The notes: generated by a model from the sequence alone, not told the origin. A stretch of 32,000 bases of DNA from Cupriavidus necator (GCF_016127575.1 NZ_CP066019.1:2700001-2732000); one strand, 5' to 3'; shown: positions 22,358-31,083, counted from the stretch's first letter. Numbers and translations are program-made.

Positions 22358-24034
22358 TTGAAGAGAGCAATCCGCATGAGCATGCTGGCGCTTGGCGCCG
22401 GCATGGCACTGAGCCTGTCCGCGCACGCCGCGCCGACGCTGGTGGAATCGGTGCAGGGCTACACCCTGAAGCAGGACAAGATCACCAGCTTCACCGGCCT
22501 GGTGTTCGACCAGGGCAAGGTGCTGGCCACCGGCGACGCCGCCGCACTGCGCGCGCAGTACCCCGATGCCAAACGCATCGACGGCCAGGGCAAGACCCTG
22601 CTGCCGGGCCTGATCGACGCCCACGGCCACGTGTTCCGCCTGGGCTTCAAGACCACCGAGATCTCGCTGTCCGGCACCAGGACGCTGGCCGAGGCGCAAG
22701 GCATGATCCGCGCCTATGGCGACAAGAACCCGCAGCGCAAGTGGCTGCTGGGCTATGGCTGGAACCAGGTGAACTGGAAGCTGGGCCGCTTCCCGACCGC
22801 GGCCGAGCTGGACGCGGCGGTGTCGGACCGCCCGGTGCGGCTGGTGCGCGTGGACGGCCACGCCGCGTGGCTCAACACCAAGGCGCTGCAGGCCGCCGGC
22901 ATCACGCGCGACACCAAGGACCCGGCCGGCGGACGCATCGAGCGCGATGCCAACGGCAACCCCACCGGCGTGCTGGTCGACAAGGCCATGGCGCTGGTCA
23001 ACAGCGTGATCCCGCCGTACAGCGACGATGACCGCCGCGCCGCGCTGGCCGCCTCGCTGGCGCACATGAACGCGCTCGGCCTGACCGCAGCGGGCGACGC
23101 CGGCGTGACCGTTGCCGAGGACAAGATTTACCGCGAGTTCGCCGACCAGGGCAAGCTGACCACGCGCATCTACGGCATGATCCGCGACACCGGCGACGAC
23201 TTCAAGGCGCTGTCGGCCAAGGGGCCGCTGGTGGGCTATGGCAACGACCGCTACTACCTGCGCGCGGTCAAGCTGTATGGCGACGGCGCACTGGGCAGCC
23301 GCGGCGCCGCGCTGATGGCACCGTACTCGGACGACCACGTGCACAGCGGCCTGCTCTTCATGAGCGATGCCGCCATGCAGACCGCGATCAAGACCGCGAT
23401 CAAGGCCGGCTACCAGGTCAACATCCACGCCATCGGCGATGCCACCAACCACCAGGTGCTGGATGCCATGGAAACGGCCTACAAGGACGTGGGCGGGCGC
23501 CAGTTGCGTAACCGCGTCGAGCACGCGCAGGTGATCGCGCTGTCGGACATCCCGCGCTTCAAGACGCTGGACCTGATCGCCTCGATGCAGCCCACGCACG
23601 CCACCAGCGACATGAACATGGCCGAAGACCGTGTCGGCAAGGATCGCATCAAGGGCGCCTATGCCTGGCAGACGCTGCTCAAGCAAGGCACCGTGATCGC
23701 GGGCGGCTCGGACTTCCCGGTGGAATCGGCCAACCCGTTCTACGGCCTGCACGCCGCGGTCACCCGCACTGACCATGAAGGCCGCCCGATCCGCGGCTGG
23801 CATCCGGAAGAGGCCATGACCCTGCCGCAGGCATTCCGCGCCTTCACCCTGGACGCGGCCTATGCCGAGCACCAGGAGAAGACGCTGGGCTCGCTCGAAG
23901 CCGGCAAGTGGGCCGACTTCATCCTGGTCGACCAGGACCTGTTCAAGGCCAAGCCGGCAGACATCTGGAAGACCCAGGTGCTGGAGACCTGGGTGGCGGG
24001 TGAGCGGGTGTACGCGAAGGACGGCAAGCGTTAA
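22358..24034 (+). CDS. Secreted metal-dependent amidohydrolase (Amidohydro_3 / YtcJ-like)
   Basis: Sec signal MKRAIRMSMLALGAGMALSLSAHA/AP. Metal-binding LLPGLIDAHGHV, then NIHAIGD, RVEHAQ and GGSDFPVE. The TTG start at 22358 is 7 nt after AAGGAG; the alternative is ATG 22376. Confidence 0.85.
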   Translation: MKRAIRMSMLALGAGMALSLSAHAAPTLVESVQGYTLKQDKITSFTGLVFDQGKVLATGDAAALRAQYPDAKRIDGQGKTLLPGLIDAHGHVFRLGFKTTEISLSGTRTLAEAQGMIRAYGDKNPQRKWLLGYGWNQVNWKLGRFPTAAELDAAVSDRPVRLVRVDGHAAWLNTKALQAAGITRDTKDPAGGRIERDANGNPTGVLVDKAMALVNSVIPPYSDDDRRAALAASLAHMNALGLTAAGDAGVTVAEDKIYREFADQGKLTTRIYGMIRDTGDDFKALSAKGPLVGYGNDRYYLRAVKLYGDGALGSRGAALMAPYSDDHVHSGLLFMSDAAMQTAIKTAIKAGYQVNIHAIGDATNHQVLDAMETAYKDVGGRQLRNRVEHAQVIALSDIPRFKTLDLIASMQPTHATSDMNMAEDRVGKDRIKGAYAWQTLLKQGTVIAGGSDFPVESANPFYGLHAAVTRTDHEGRPIRGWHPEEAMTLPQAFRAFTLDAAYAEHQEKTLGSLEAGKWADFILVDQDLFKAKPADIWKTQVLETWVAGERVYAKDGKR

Positions 24035-24081
24035 GCCGCCATCCACGGCATGCCGCCATTCGCGGCGGCTTGCTGTCCTTG

Positions 24082-24124
24082 AAAAAAAGCGCGCGGCACT
24101 GATCGTGCCGCGCGCTTTTCATTT
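24082..24124. terminator. Bidirectional rho-independent terminator
   Basis: AAAAAAA is followed by GCGCGCGGCAC (24089-24099), the loop TGATC, GTGCCGCGCGC (24105-24115) and TTTTCATTT. The perfect 11-bp stem is flanked by A- and T-runs, between the convergent amidohydrolase and yafQ genes. Confidence 0.75.
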
Positions 24125-24145
24125 GCTGGCGGTCTGGACTGCGCG

Positions 24146-24436
24146 TTACATGGCCAGCTCGCTATGCGACCCAAGCCGGACAAGTTGCAGTGTCCAAGGG
24201 TCTGGCTTCCGATAGATCAGCAAAAGGTCTGGCCGAACATGGCAATCCCGGAAGTCCTTCCACTGGCCGCCAAGCGCATGGTCGCGAAATTTGTCCGGCA
24301 GCGACATGTCACTCGCCAAGGCAGTCAGGATTGCAAACCAGTCACCAGCCGGGCTTTGCAGCAGCGCCTTGAACGGCCCTTTGAGTTCGCGCTTGTAATC
24401 GCGCTTGAATTGGGTCGTCCGTTCAATCGTCCTCAT
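24146..24436 (-). CDS. yafQ: Type II toxin, YafQ family (RelE/ParE superfamily mRNA interferase)
   Basis: FKRDYKRE...FRDHALGGQWKDFRDCHVRPDLLLIYRK...LVRLGSHSEL aligns with E. coli YafQ (YKDHPLQGSWKGYRDAHVEPDWILIYK...RTGTHAALF), including the catalytic His/Asp positions. Confidence 0.8.
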   Translation of the reverse strand: MRTIERTTQFKRDYKRELKGPFKALLQSPAGDWFAILTALASDMSLPDKFRDHALGGQWKDFRDCHVRPDLLLIYRKPDPWTLQLVRLGSHSELAM

Positions 24437-24689
24437 CGTTGAGATCCGCCATCAGGTCGCTCACCGACCCGAACTTGCGGAGGCCACCGGCCCGCGCCTC
24501 TTTTAGCGACGCAATGGTTGCTGGATTGGGAGTCATCAGTTCCACAGGCAATGCCTTTTCACGTGCCACGCGCGTCAAAAGCATGCGCACGGCGTCTGAA
24601 ACCGTCAGTCCCATCGCTTCCAGAACGATCGCGGCCTCTTCCTTGATTTCAACGTCGATACGGGCTCGGACAAAGGTCGAAGCGGACAT
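24423..24689 (-). CDS. dinJ: Type II antitoxin, RelB/DinJ family (ribbon-helix-helix)
   Basis: MSASTFVRARIDVEIKEEAAIVLEAMGLTVSDAVRMLLTRVAREKALP is a typical DinJ N-terminus, followed by an acidic tail. AGGAG SD lies before ATG 24689, and there is a 14-nt overlap with the toxin start. The ORF-track start at 24839 runs through the promoter region. Confidence 0.75.
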   Translation of the reverse strand: MSASTFVRARIDVEIKEEAAIVLEAMGLTVSDAVRMLLTRVAREKALPVELMTPNPATIASLKEARAGGLRKFGSVSDLMADLNDEDD

Positions 24690-24730
24690 GACAGGCTCCT
24701 GCGAACAATAGCGAAGTGGAGAACGGATAA

Positions 24731-24763
24731 GTGGACATCTCGACCAGTTTGAGATTTGTCCAC
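24731..24763. promoter_or_regulatory. Imperfect palindrome upstream of dinJ (candidate TA autoregulatory operator)
   Basis: GTGGACATCTC (24731-24741) and GAGATTTGTCCAC (24751-24763) form inverted arms with a 2-nt bulge, 42-74 nt upstream of the dinJ ATG. Confidence 0.4.
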
Positions 24764-24896
24764 GCCAATTGTATTCACATTGTAGCTCATATGAGCTACG
24801 TCGCCCAGTTTGATGCCGCCCCGTTGTTTTCAACCACAAGGCTCATTTGGCGTCTTGACGCCCCATCCCAACGCTAGCATCATTCGGTCTTTTCAT

Positions 24897-24917
24897 AAAT
24901 GCGAATTATTCGCATTT
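24897..24917. promoter_or_regulatory. Fur-box-like perfect palindrome AAATGCGAAT-T-ATTCGCATTT
   Basis: A 21-nt AT-rich palindrome with 10-nt arms lies 54 nt upstream of the TonB-dependent receptor start. It has the GAATnATTC core shared with Fur boxes. Confidence 0.5.
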
Positions 24918-24970
24918 GTACCTACATTTACATACAGGCTTGCCTGTCTCCTGCCCCGGCGGGTCCCCTC

Positions 24971-27133
24971 ATGAATCGTCAAGTCATTCGCGCCGCGCGC
25001 CTGCGCGCACCCATGCCCCGCCATCTCGCCGTGCTGGCACAACTGGCTGTCGTGGTCGGCTTTCCGGCAACCGCCGCGCTGGCACAGCAAGCCGCGGCGC
25101 CGGCGGATGCGCAGTCGCTGCCCGCGGTGACCGTCAGCGCCTCGGCGGTCGACGATTCCGGCCTGCAGCTTGAGAAAAAGGCCAGCACCGGCGCGCTGGG
25201 CTCGCGCACGCAGCTCGACACCCCGTACTCCACCACCATCGTCACCGGCGAAGACCTTGCTGAGCGCCAGGTGGCCAAGCTGGGCGATGTGTTTGCGATG
25301 GATGCGTCGGTCAGCGACAACGGCAACGGCTACAACAGCTGGTCCAGCTACCTGAGCGTGCGCGGCCTGCAGATCGACTGGCAGAACGGCTTCAAGATCA
25401 ACGGGCTGCCGTTCGTGGCCTACGGCATCACGCTGCCCTACGAGCACATGGAGCAAGTGGAACTGCTCAAGGGGCTGCCGGGCTTCATGTACGGCTTCGC
25501 CACCCCGGGCGGCATCGTCAACTACGTCACCAAGAAGCCGACCGACACCTTCTCCGCCTCGTTCGAACTGGGCTACCGCGCCGCCAATGTCTGGAGCGAG
25601 CACGTCGACCTGGGCGGGCGCGCCGGCCCGAACAATATGTTCGGCTACCGCCTGAACGTGACGCACGAGGAAGGCACGCCCTACAACGCGCGCAATATCA
25701 AGCGCGACAGCGCCTCGCTGGGCCTGGATGCGCGCCTGACCAGGGACCTGACCTGGACCTTCGACTCGATCTACCAGGACCGTCGCGCCACTGGCCAGAT
25801 GCCGTCGTTCAGTCTGTGGAGCTACGGCGACACGGCCCTGCCGGCCGCGGTGTCCGGCCGCATCCGCAACTTCGCCGGTGCCGACCAGCACCTGAACACC
25901 AACCTGCAGCTGTACAGCACCGGCCTGCGCTACCAGATCAATCCGGACTGGGCGGTGAGCACAAACTACAGCTTCACCAAGGTCAACCGCAGCCGCAACG
26001 AAAGCACCTACAACCTGCTGAACCAGGCCGGCGACTACAGCGACCAGCGCTACGACACCGCGCAGAACCAGCAGGTGGGCCAATGGCAGGCGATGCTGGA
26101 AGGCAAGTTCCGCACCGGGCCGTTCGGGCACCAGCTGGTGGCGGGCCTGTCGTGGCAGAAGCAGATCGACCGCTATGACAACAACGGCTTCGGCGCCGTC
26201 ATCGGCGCCGGCAATATCTTCGAGCCCAACACCAACACGTACTTCAGCTCGACCGCCTTCAACAAGGTGCGCAACAGCGACATCACGCAGAAGTCGGTGT
26301 TCGCCAGCGACACCGTCCAGCTGAGCGAGCGCTGGTCGGTGCTGGCCGGCCTGCGCGTGACCAACTTCGAGCAGAACGGCTACGTGCCGGTGAGCTCCAG
26401 CTACAGCAAGAACGGCGTGGTCACGCCCACGCTGGCGCTGATGTTCAAGCCCGTGCCCACGGCCACGGTCTACGCCAGCTACGTGGAAGCGCTGGAGCCC
26501 GGCTCGATCGTGCCGGATGGCTACACCAACGCTCGCCAGCTGCTCAGCCCGATCCGCAGCAAGCAGTATGAAGTCGGCGTCAAGGCCGACCAGGCCGCCT
26601 GGAGCGCCACCGCCGCCGCCTTCCGCATCGAGCGCGGCGCCGAGTACGACAGCATCAACGGCGGCGTGCCGACGCGCCAGCAGGACGGCACCTCGATCTA
26701 CCAGGGGCTGGAACTGGCCGGCGTGTACCGGCTGGGCCCGCAGTGGGAATTCGGCGCGAGCGCGATGTACCTGGACTCGTACTACGACAAGGGCCTGGCC
26801 AACAACGGCAAGCGCGTCGCCGGTGCGCCTGACCTGGTGCTGGCCGGACGCATCAGCTACCGCGTGCCGTTCGTGCCCGGCCTGCGCCTTGGCGTCGATG
26901 GCAAGTACACCGGCAATACCAAGCTGAACGCGGGCAATACGCTGGAGGCCGGCGGCTACACGGTGTTCAATCTCGGCGCGAGCTACAACACCCGCGTCGC
27001 CGGCAAGGACCTGACGCTGCGCGCCGCGCTGAATAACGTGACCAACAAGCGCTACTGGGGCTTCCAGTACGAGAACTACATCCAGCCCGCGGATCCGCGC
27101 AGCGTGAGCCTGACGGCGAAGATTGCGTATTGA
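24971..27133 (+). CDS. TonB-dependent siderophore receptor
   Basis: A long signal peptide ends in ...ATAALAQQ. The plug region reads LPAVTVSAS...DTPYSTTIVTGEDLAERQVAKLGDVF. A 22-strand barrel-type sequence follows, with C-terminal ...RYWGFQYENYIQPADPRSVSLTAKIAY. There is no FecA-type N-terminal signalling extension. Confidence 0.9.
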   Translation: MNRQVIRAARLRAPMPRHLAVLAQLAVVVGFPATAALAQQAAAPADAQSLPAVTVSASAVDDSGLQLEKKASTGALGSRTQLDTPYSTTIVTGEDLAERQVAKLGDVFAMDASVSDNGNGYNSWSSYLSVRGLQIDWQNGFKINGLPFVAYGITLPYEHMEQVELLKGLPGFMYGFATPGGIVNYVTKKPTDTFSASFELGYRAANVWSEHVDLGGRAGPNNMFGYRLNVTHEEGTPYNARNIKRDSASLGLDARLTRDLTWTFDSIYQDRRATGQMPSFSLWSYGDTALPAAVSGRIRNFAGADQHLNTNLQLYSTGLRYQINPDWAVSTNYSFTKVNRSRNESTYNLLNQAGDYSDQRYDTAQNQQVGQWQAMLEGKFRTGPFGHQLVAGLSWQKQIDRYDNNGFGAVIGAGNIFEPNTNTYFSSTAFNKVRNSDITQKSVFASDTVQLSERWSVLAGLRVTNFEQNGYVPVSSSYSKNGVVTPTLALMFKPVPTATVYASYVEALEPGSIVPDGYTNARQLLSPIRSKQYEVGVKADQAAWSATAAAFRIERGAEYDSINGGVPTRQQDGTSIYQGLELAGVYRLGPQWEFGASAMYLDSYYDKGLANNGKRVAGAPDLVLAGRISYRVPFVPGLRLGVDGKYTGNTKLNAGNTLEAGGYTVFNLGASYNTRVAGKDLTLRAALNNVTNKRYWGFQYENYIQPADPRSVSLTAKIAY

Positions 27134-27156
27134 GATTGGCCGGACTGCAAGGCCGC

Positions 27157-27179
27157 CCGCAGAAGCCCCGCTTCTGCGG
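27157..27179. terminator. Hairpin between the convergent TonB-receptor and Bug genes
   Basis: CCGCAGAAGC-CCC-GCTTCTGCGG has 10-nt inverted arms and no U-tract. Confidence 0.4.
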
Positions 27180-27189
27180 ACGCCTGCCT

Positions 27190-28167
27190 TCAGTCGACCT
27201 TGACGTCCAGGTCTTTCACGACGCCAGCCCATTTGGCCAGCTCGGCGTTGACGAAGCGGCTGAGTTCGGCCGGGGTGCTGCTTGCCGGCGTCGCCCCCTC
27301 CCCGTTGAAGCGCTGAATAAGCTTCGGCGATGCCAGTGACCTGGCGACGGCCCGGTTCAGCGCATCGATCACCGGCTGTGGCGTATTTTTCGGTGCCAGC
27401 AATGCATTCCAGGTATTGATCTCGAAGCTGCCGAAGCCCGGCACTTCACGCATGGCGGGAACATCCGGCAGCTGCGGCGACCGCTCCCTGGTGGTCACGG
27501 CGATGGCGCGCAGCCTGCCGGCCTTCACCTGCGGCAGGGCGCCAGGCAGCGTGGCGAAGCTCAGTTGCGTCTCGCCGGCGATCACCGAAGTATTGGCAAG
27601 CGCTCCGCCCCGATACGGCACATGCACCAGCTTGGCATTGGCGCTCTGGGCAAACATCGCACCGGCCAGGTGGACCGGCGAACCGTTGCCGCTGGATGCG
27701 TAGTTCAGCTCTCCCGACTTCTTCCGGGCCAGCGTCACCAGGTCAGGCACGTTCCTGGCGGGCAGGTTCGGGGTCGTGATCAGCACGAGCGGGATCGAGG
27801 CGACCATGCTGACGGGCGCAAAGCCGCTGACCGGCTCGTAGCCCAGCGTTTTCTTGTACAAGGCTGGGTTGATGCCGTGGCTCGACACGGTTGCCATGAA
27901 CAGCGTATAGCCATCCGGCGCCGACTGCTGCACATAGGCGGCGGCCGAGTTGCCGGCCGCGCCGGGCTTGTTCTCGATGATCACCGACTGCTTCAGCTCG
28001 CTGGCCAGTTGTTCGGCCAGCGCCCGCGCCAGGATGTCGGTGGTGCCCCCGGCCGCATAGCCCACCACGATACGGATGGGCTGTTGCGGATATTGGGCCG
28101 CCGCGTGCCCTGCCAGGCCCAGGCCGGCCACGGCCATCGCGAGGACAAGCCTCTGCTTCGTGTTCAT
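27190..28167 (-). CDS. Tripartite tricarboxylate transporter substrate-binding protein (Bug family)
   Basis: MNTKQRLVLAMAVAGLGLAGHAAAQYPQQPIRIVVGYAAGGTTDILAR...ENKPGAAGN is the canonical Bug N-terminus, at about 325 aa. ATG 28167 is preceded by GGAG. The ORF-track start at 28329 lies inside the upstream gene. Confidence 0.85.
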   Translation of the reverse strand: MNTKQRLVLAMAVAGLGLAGHAAAQYPQQPIRIVVGYAAGGTTDILARALAEQLASELKQSVIIENKPGAAGNSAAAYVQQSAPDGYTLFMATVSSHGINPALYKKTLGYEPVSGFAPVSMVASIPLVLITTPNLPARNVPDLVTLARKKSGELNYASSGNGSPVHLAGAMFAQSANAKLVHVPYRGGALANTSVIAGETQLSFATLPGALPQVKAGRLRAIAVTTRERSPQLPDVPAMREVPGFGSFEINTWNALLAPKNTPQPVIDALNRAVARSLASPKLIQRFNGEGATPASSTPAELSRFVNAELAKWAGVVKDLDVKVD

Positions 28168-28250
28168 GCCATATCTCCTCTCTTTTGTATGTGTCCCCAC
28201 GTCATGCGTGGCGGTATTGCCGATATTCCCGGATCGCCGGGATGTAACGC

Positions 28251-29066
28251 TTATTGGCCCTTGAAGACGGGGCTGCGCTTTTCGGCGAAGGCGCGCTTGC
28301 CCTCGCGGTAATCGTCGCTGGCGAAGCACTGCATGACGAGCTGCTGCATGCCCGCGATATCGACCTGCGGGCCCAGCTGCTGCAATTGACGAATCATGCG
28401 TTTGCCGGCGCGCAGCGTGAGGGGCGCATTGGCGGCAATCTGGTCCAGGCGTGTCTGCAGCGTCGTGTCGAGGTCGGCCGCATCGGTCACGTGATGGACC
28501 AGGCCAAGGGCCTTGGCGTCCGCCGCCGCATAGCGGTTGGCGGTCAGGAAGATTTCGAGCGCATTGGCGGCGCCGACCGTGCTGACCAGATTCCGGATTG
28601 CGGTGAGCCGGTAGCCCAGGCCGAGCTTGCCGGCCGGAATGGCAAAGGTGCTGTCGGACGACGCGATCCGGATGTCACAGCACAGCGCGATATTCAGGCC
28701 GCCGCCGATGCAATAGCCCTTGATCCTGGCGAGGGTCGGCTTGGCGTGGTCGTAGAGGGCCAGCTGGGCAGCCTCTGCCACTTGCTCATAGGCCGCGACG
28801 GCCTCTTCGCCGGAGCGCAGGTTGTCGAACTGCGCGATGTTCGCCCCGCTCACGAAGGCGCGCTCTCCGGCGCCAGTCAGCACTATCGAGCGCACTTCGT
28901 CGTCCTGCTCGAACGCTGCGAGCGCCTGGGGCAGTGCCGCCCACATGTCGAATGAGACGGCGTTGTGGCGGCCAGGGTCGTTGAAGGTAATCCAGCCGGT
29001 GCGGCCGCGTTTTTCCACCAGCAGGGTATCGGTAATCTCGCCTTGCAGTATGCGTGTCGTGGTCAT
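28251..29066 (-). CDS. Enoyl-CoA hydratase/isomerase (crotonase) family protein
   Basis: ...ITFNDPGRHNAVSFDMW...VLTGAGERAFVSGANI...GYCIGGGLNIALCCDIRIAS is a crotonase-fold signature. Its ATG overlaps the stop of the upstream GntR gene (ATGA). Confidence 0.85.
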   Translation of the reverse strand: MTTTRILQGEITDTLLVEKRGRTGWITFNDPGRHNAVSFDMWAALPQALAAFEQDDEVRSIVLTGAGERAFVSGANIAQFDNLRSGEEAVAAYEQVAEAAQLALYDHAKPTLARIKGYCIGGGLNIALCCDIRIASSDSTFAIPAGKLGLGYRLTAIRNLVSTVGAANALEIFLTANRYAAADAKALGLVHHVTDAADLDTTLQTRLDQIAANAPLTLRAGKRMIRQLQQLGPQVDIAGMQQLVMQCFASDDYREGKRAFAEKRSPVFKGQ

Positions 29067-29821
29067 GTTGTCTTTCCAGGCGCTCGGGCCTTATGTCTTT
29101 CAATACCGTTGGTCAGGTGGTAGCGCATGGCGGCGCGCGCCTGGTCGGCGTTCCCCGCGGCAATGGCGTCGAAGATCGCGTGGTGCTCCTGCTCGACTTC
29201 CGCGATGCGCGTGGTCCCGGTCGAGGTGGAACGCAGCGTGCGCACGGAGTCGTGGAGCACATGGCTCAGATGGGCCATCAAGCGGATGAAGTACGGGTTG
29301 TTGGTCGCATTGCCCACAGCGAGGTGAAAATCGAGCGCGGTGTCCGCGCCCTTTTCCCAGTCTGCGCCCGCTTCATCGACCTTCGCCAGCGCCAGTCGCA
29401 GCGCCTCCAGCTGCGCGGGCGTGCGGAACCGCGCCGCCAGCGCGGCCGCGCCCGATTCGATCTCGACGCGCAGCTGGAAGACATGCTCGAGCGCATCCTC
29501 ATGCAGCAGCTCGTCGGTGACGATCTCGAAGTTGCGCTGCCCGATGCCCTGCGCCACGAACGTGCCGGTGCCGCGCCGGGTTTCAACGTAGCCGGCCAGC
29601 TTCAGGCGCGCGATGGCCTCGCGCACGACATTGCGGCTCACGTCGAACGCGGTGGCCAGCTCGTTCTCCGTGGGCAGCTGCTGCCCGTGGGCCAGGGTGC
29701 CGTCCAGGATGCGCTGGCGGATCTGGTGCGCGATCTCGTCGGGCAGGTTGTCCGGCCGGCGCAGGCTCGTGAATCCGCGAATCTCCATGCCAAGTTGGGC
29801 CTTCATCAGAATCTCCGTCAT
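29063..29821 (-). CDS. GntR-family transcriptional regulator, FCD subfamily
   Basis: The HTH reads LPTENELATAFDVSRNVVREAIARLKLAGYVETRRGTGTFV. The FCD motif is ALDFHLAVGNATNNPYF. Confidence 0.85.
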   Translation of the reverse strand: MTEILMKAQLGMEIRGFTSLRRPDNLPDEIAHQIRQRILDGTLAHGQQLPTENELATAFDVSRNVVREAIARLKLAGYVETRRGTGTFVAQGIGQRNFEIVTDELLHEDALEHVFQLRVEIESGAAALAARFRTPAQLEALRLALAKVDEAGADWEKGADTALDFHLAVGNATNNPYFIRLMAHLSHVLHDSVRTLRSTSTGTTRIAEVEQEHHAIFDAIAAGNADQARAAMRYHLTNGIERHKARAPGKTT

Positions 29822-29871
29822 GTCCGTGGCCCCGGAAGCGGGGCAATCATGGCGGATATGGTAGCGCCCAA

Positions 29872-31053
29872 TCAGATGACCCCCTGCGCTGCAAGCGCTT
29901 CGATCCGCGCGGAATCCAGGCCGAGCAGCGAGCGGTACACGTCGTGGTTGTGCTCACCGCTCTCCGGTGCCGGCGCCAGTTCGCCCAGCGAGGTCCGGCT
30001 CAGGATCACCGGCTGGCCGACGACGGAGATCGTGCCCAGCCTGGGGTGCTCGATGGGCTGGCTCATGCGCAGATGTTCGACCTGCGGATCGGCGAAGGCC
30101 TCGTTCATGCTGAGGATGGGGCCGCACGGCACCCCTTCGCGATTCATGCGGGCGATCCATTCCTCGGTGGTGCGGGTGCGCGTGCGCCCGGCGATCGCGG
30201 CGTTCAGCGCCGGCCGATTGCGGGCACGCAACGGCACCGTCAGGAAGCGCTCGTCCGCGATGAGTTCAGGCACCTCAAGCACCTTGCACAGCCGCGCGAA
30301 GATGTCGTTGCCCATGGCGGCAATATTCATGTAGCCATCCTGCGTCGGGAACACGCCGGTCGGGCTGCTGGTGGGATGATCGTTGCCGCTCTGGCCCGGC
30401 ACCTCGCCATTCATCAGCCAGCGCATGGCCTGGAAGTCCATCATCCACAGCTGCGATTGCAGCAGGGAGGTCTGCACCCACTGGCCCTGGCCGGACACTT
30501 CGCGTTCCAGCAGCGCCACCATCAGGCCGATCGCGCAGAACAGACCGGCGGTCAGGTCCGCAACGGGAATCCCCGCGCGCATCGGTCCGCGCCCGGGTTC
30601 GCCCGTGACCGACATCATGCCGGAGATCCCTTGCGCGATCTGGTCCAGACCCGGGCGCTCGTGGTACGGACCATCCTGCCCGAACCCCGATACGCTGCCA
30701 TAGACGATGCGCGGATTGACCTTGCGCAGCGACTCATAGTCGATGCCCAGCTTGAACTTCACGTTGGGCCGGTAGTTCTCCACCACCACATCGGCCTTGC
30801 GCACCAGCTCCAGGAACAGCGCGCGCCCCTCCGGATGCTTGAGGTTGAGCGTAATGCTCTGCTTGTTGCGATGGGTGTTCTGGTAGTCGGCAAACTGCGC
30901 CGAACCGCCCGGCTTGTCATCGGGCGCCTGGCCCGGCTCTTCGATCTTGATGACGGTCGCCCCCCAGTCGGCGAACTGGCGCACGGCGGCCGGACCGGAG
31001 CGCACGCGCGTGAGGTCGAGTACGGTGAATCGGGAAAGCGGACCATGCCCCAC
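29872..31053 (-). CDS. Family III CoA-transferase (CaiB/BaiF family)
   Basis: GPLSRFTVLDLTRVRSGPAAVRQFADWGATVIKIE, ...ENYRP... and GLDQIAQGISGMMSVTG are typical of the family. The likely start is GTG 31053, 6 nt after GGAGAC; the ORF is open to TTG 31065. Confidence 0.9.
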   Translation of the reverse strand: MGHGPLSRFTVLDLTRVRSGPAAVRQFADWGATVIKIEEPGQAPDDKPGGSAQFADYQNTHRNKQSITLNLKHPEGRALFLELVRKADVVVENYRPNVKFKLGIDYESLRKVNPRIVYGSVSGFGQDGPYHERPGLDQIAQGISGMMSVTGEPGRGPMRAGIPVADLTAGLFCAIGLMVALLEREVSGQGQWVQTSLLQSQLWMMDFQAMRWLMNGEVPGQSGNDHPTSSPTGVFPTQDGYMNIAAMGNDIFARLCKVLEVPELIADERFLTVPLRARNRPALNAAIAGRTRTRTTEEWIARMNREGVPCGPILSMNEAFADPQVEHLRMSQPIEHPRLGTISVVGQPVILSRTSLGELAPAPESGEHNHDVYRSLLGLDSARIEALAAQGVI

Positions 31054-31083
31054 AGTTGTCTCCAATTTTGTCTCTTTTCCAGG

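Noticed and set aside
22193-24046. 617-aa minus-strand ORF opposite the amidohydrolase gene
   Set aside because: Antisense shadow ORF, R/G/A/V-rich. The plus frame carries the signal peptide and metal-binding motifs (DAHGHV, GGSDFPVE).
24855-24883. TTGACG ... TAGCAT / CATCAT as the TonB-receptor promoter
   Set aside because: The spacing is 14 nt to TAGCAT, or 17 nt to a poor CATCAT, so it does not give a convincing sigma70 promoter. I left it unannotated and report only the palindrome.
24893-27232. 779-aa minus-strand ORF opposite the TonB-dependent receptor
   Set aside because: It has low-complexity A/G/R/V/L-rich composition and no recognisable domain, and it is exactly antisense to a gene with clear TonB-receptor motifs. 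It is a typical stop-poor shadow frame in high-GC DNA.
2061-28329. N-terminal extensions proposed by the ORF track (starts at 2144, 4467, 5687, 5566, 7937, 8361, 12586, 15163, 17466, 20691, 24839, 24899, 28329, 31065)
   Set aside because: In each case the extension overlaps an upstream gene, promoter, operator or Fur box, and adds sequence with no family similarity. A downstream start with a Shine-Dalgarno gives the canonical N-terminus, and I used those shorter coordinates.
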